A stretch of DNA of 64,000 bases from assembly GCA_043803945.1 (NCBI GenBank), contig JAZDJN010000091.1:77128-141127 (forward strand), in the 5' to 3' direction. Position numbers and translations under genes: made by a program. The stretch comes from a bacterium (GTDB lineage Bacteria > Bacteroidota > Ignavibacteria > UBA10030). A model generated the notes under the pieces. That model was not told the DNA's origin and searched no databases. It saw only the letters and a list, made by a program, of their open reading frames with translations. Within the stretch, counting starts at the first letter, position 1. Each line of letters begins with the position of its first letter. Below, piece by piece: positions 63,861-64,000 of this stretch.

Positions 63861-64000
63861 CTTATCATTACCCATATCTTTGAAAAATGAGATAGGCTTG
63901 AGCAATATCATCGAGACGTCTCAAGCCGCGCCATAATACTTTCACACCCGGATATCCATCACCCTTGCGTCCTAAGAACCCACCTAATCGTGCAAGCATC
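63861..64000 (-). mobile_element. IS4-family (IS50/Tn5-like) element, right end with the transposase C-terminus (stop at 63868)
   Basis: Hand translation from 63999 gives MLARLGGFLGRKGDGYPGVKVLWRGLRRLDDIAQAYLIFQRYG*, the Tn5-type dimerisation motif LGG...K.DG.PG...WRG. The element probably ends ...TGGGTAATGATAAG. Confidence 0.85.

Noticed and set aside
63666-63911. 81-aa minus-strand ORF
   Set aside because: It spans the IS end and REP-like repeats in a different frame from the transposase, so it is likely spurious.

Overview
Gene-dense bacterial chromosome segment, mostly on the minus strand. Ignavibacteria-style T9SS C-terminal sorting domains (QNYPNPFNP...) and a long SecA suggest the Bacteroidota/Ignavibacteria/Chlorobi group (inference). 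From left to right: (1) housekeeping genes (partial uvrC, era, glnB, secA, dacB, M28 peptidase, prmA, a truncated ppx, a cysteine desulfurase); (2) an ECF sigma/anti-sigma/Spy-like operon and a GAF-PP2C phosphatase; (3) the most notable region, 14.5-46 kb. It encodes two paralogous gene pairs of T9SS-secreted proteins, each a ~2300-aa surface protein with dockerin plus cohesin-like domains followed by a small cohesin scaffold protein. Directly upstream is a PorU-like C25 peptidase, translationally coupled as the last gene of a TagA/flippase/glycosyltransferase operon that has no visible polymerase or ligase; (4) a TonB receptor-DUF4876-like-DUF6850-like-YCF48 propeller-C25/HEAT cluster; (5) nucleotide-sugar genes (uxs, rmlC, ugd), a Wzi-like protein, an SGNH hydrolase and the 3' end of an IS4-family element. 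Intergenic DNA is rich in small palindromic elements, including two 120-bp MITE-like copies with compensatory terminal changes and several hairpins nested inside other palindromes. No rRNA, tRNA or CRISPR array was seen. All domain calls are motif recognition by eye, not database searches.
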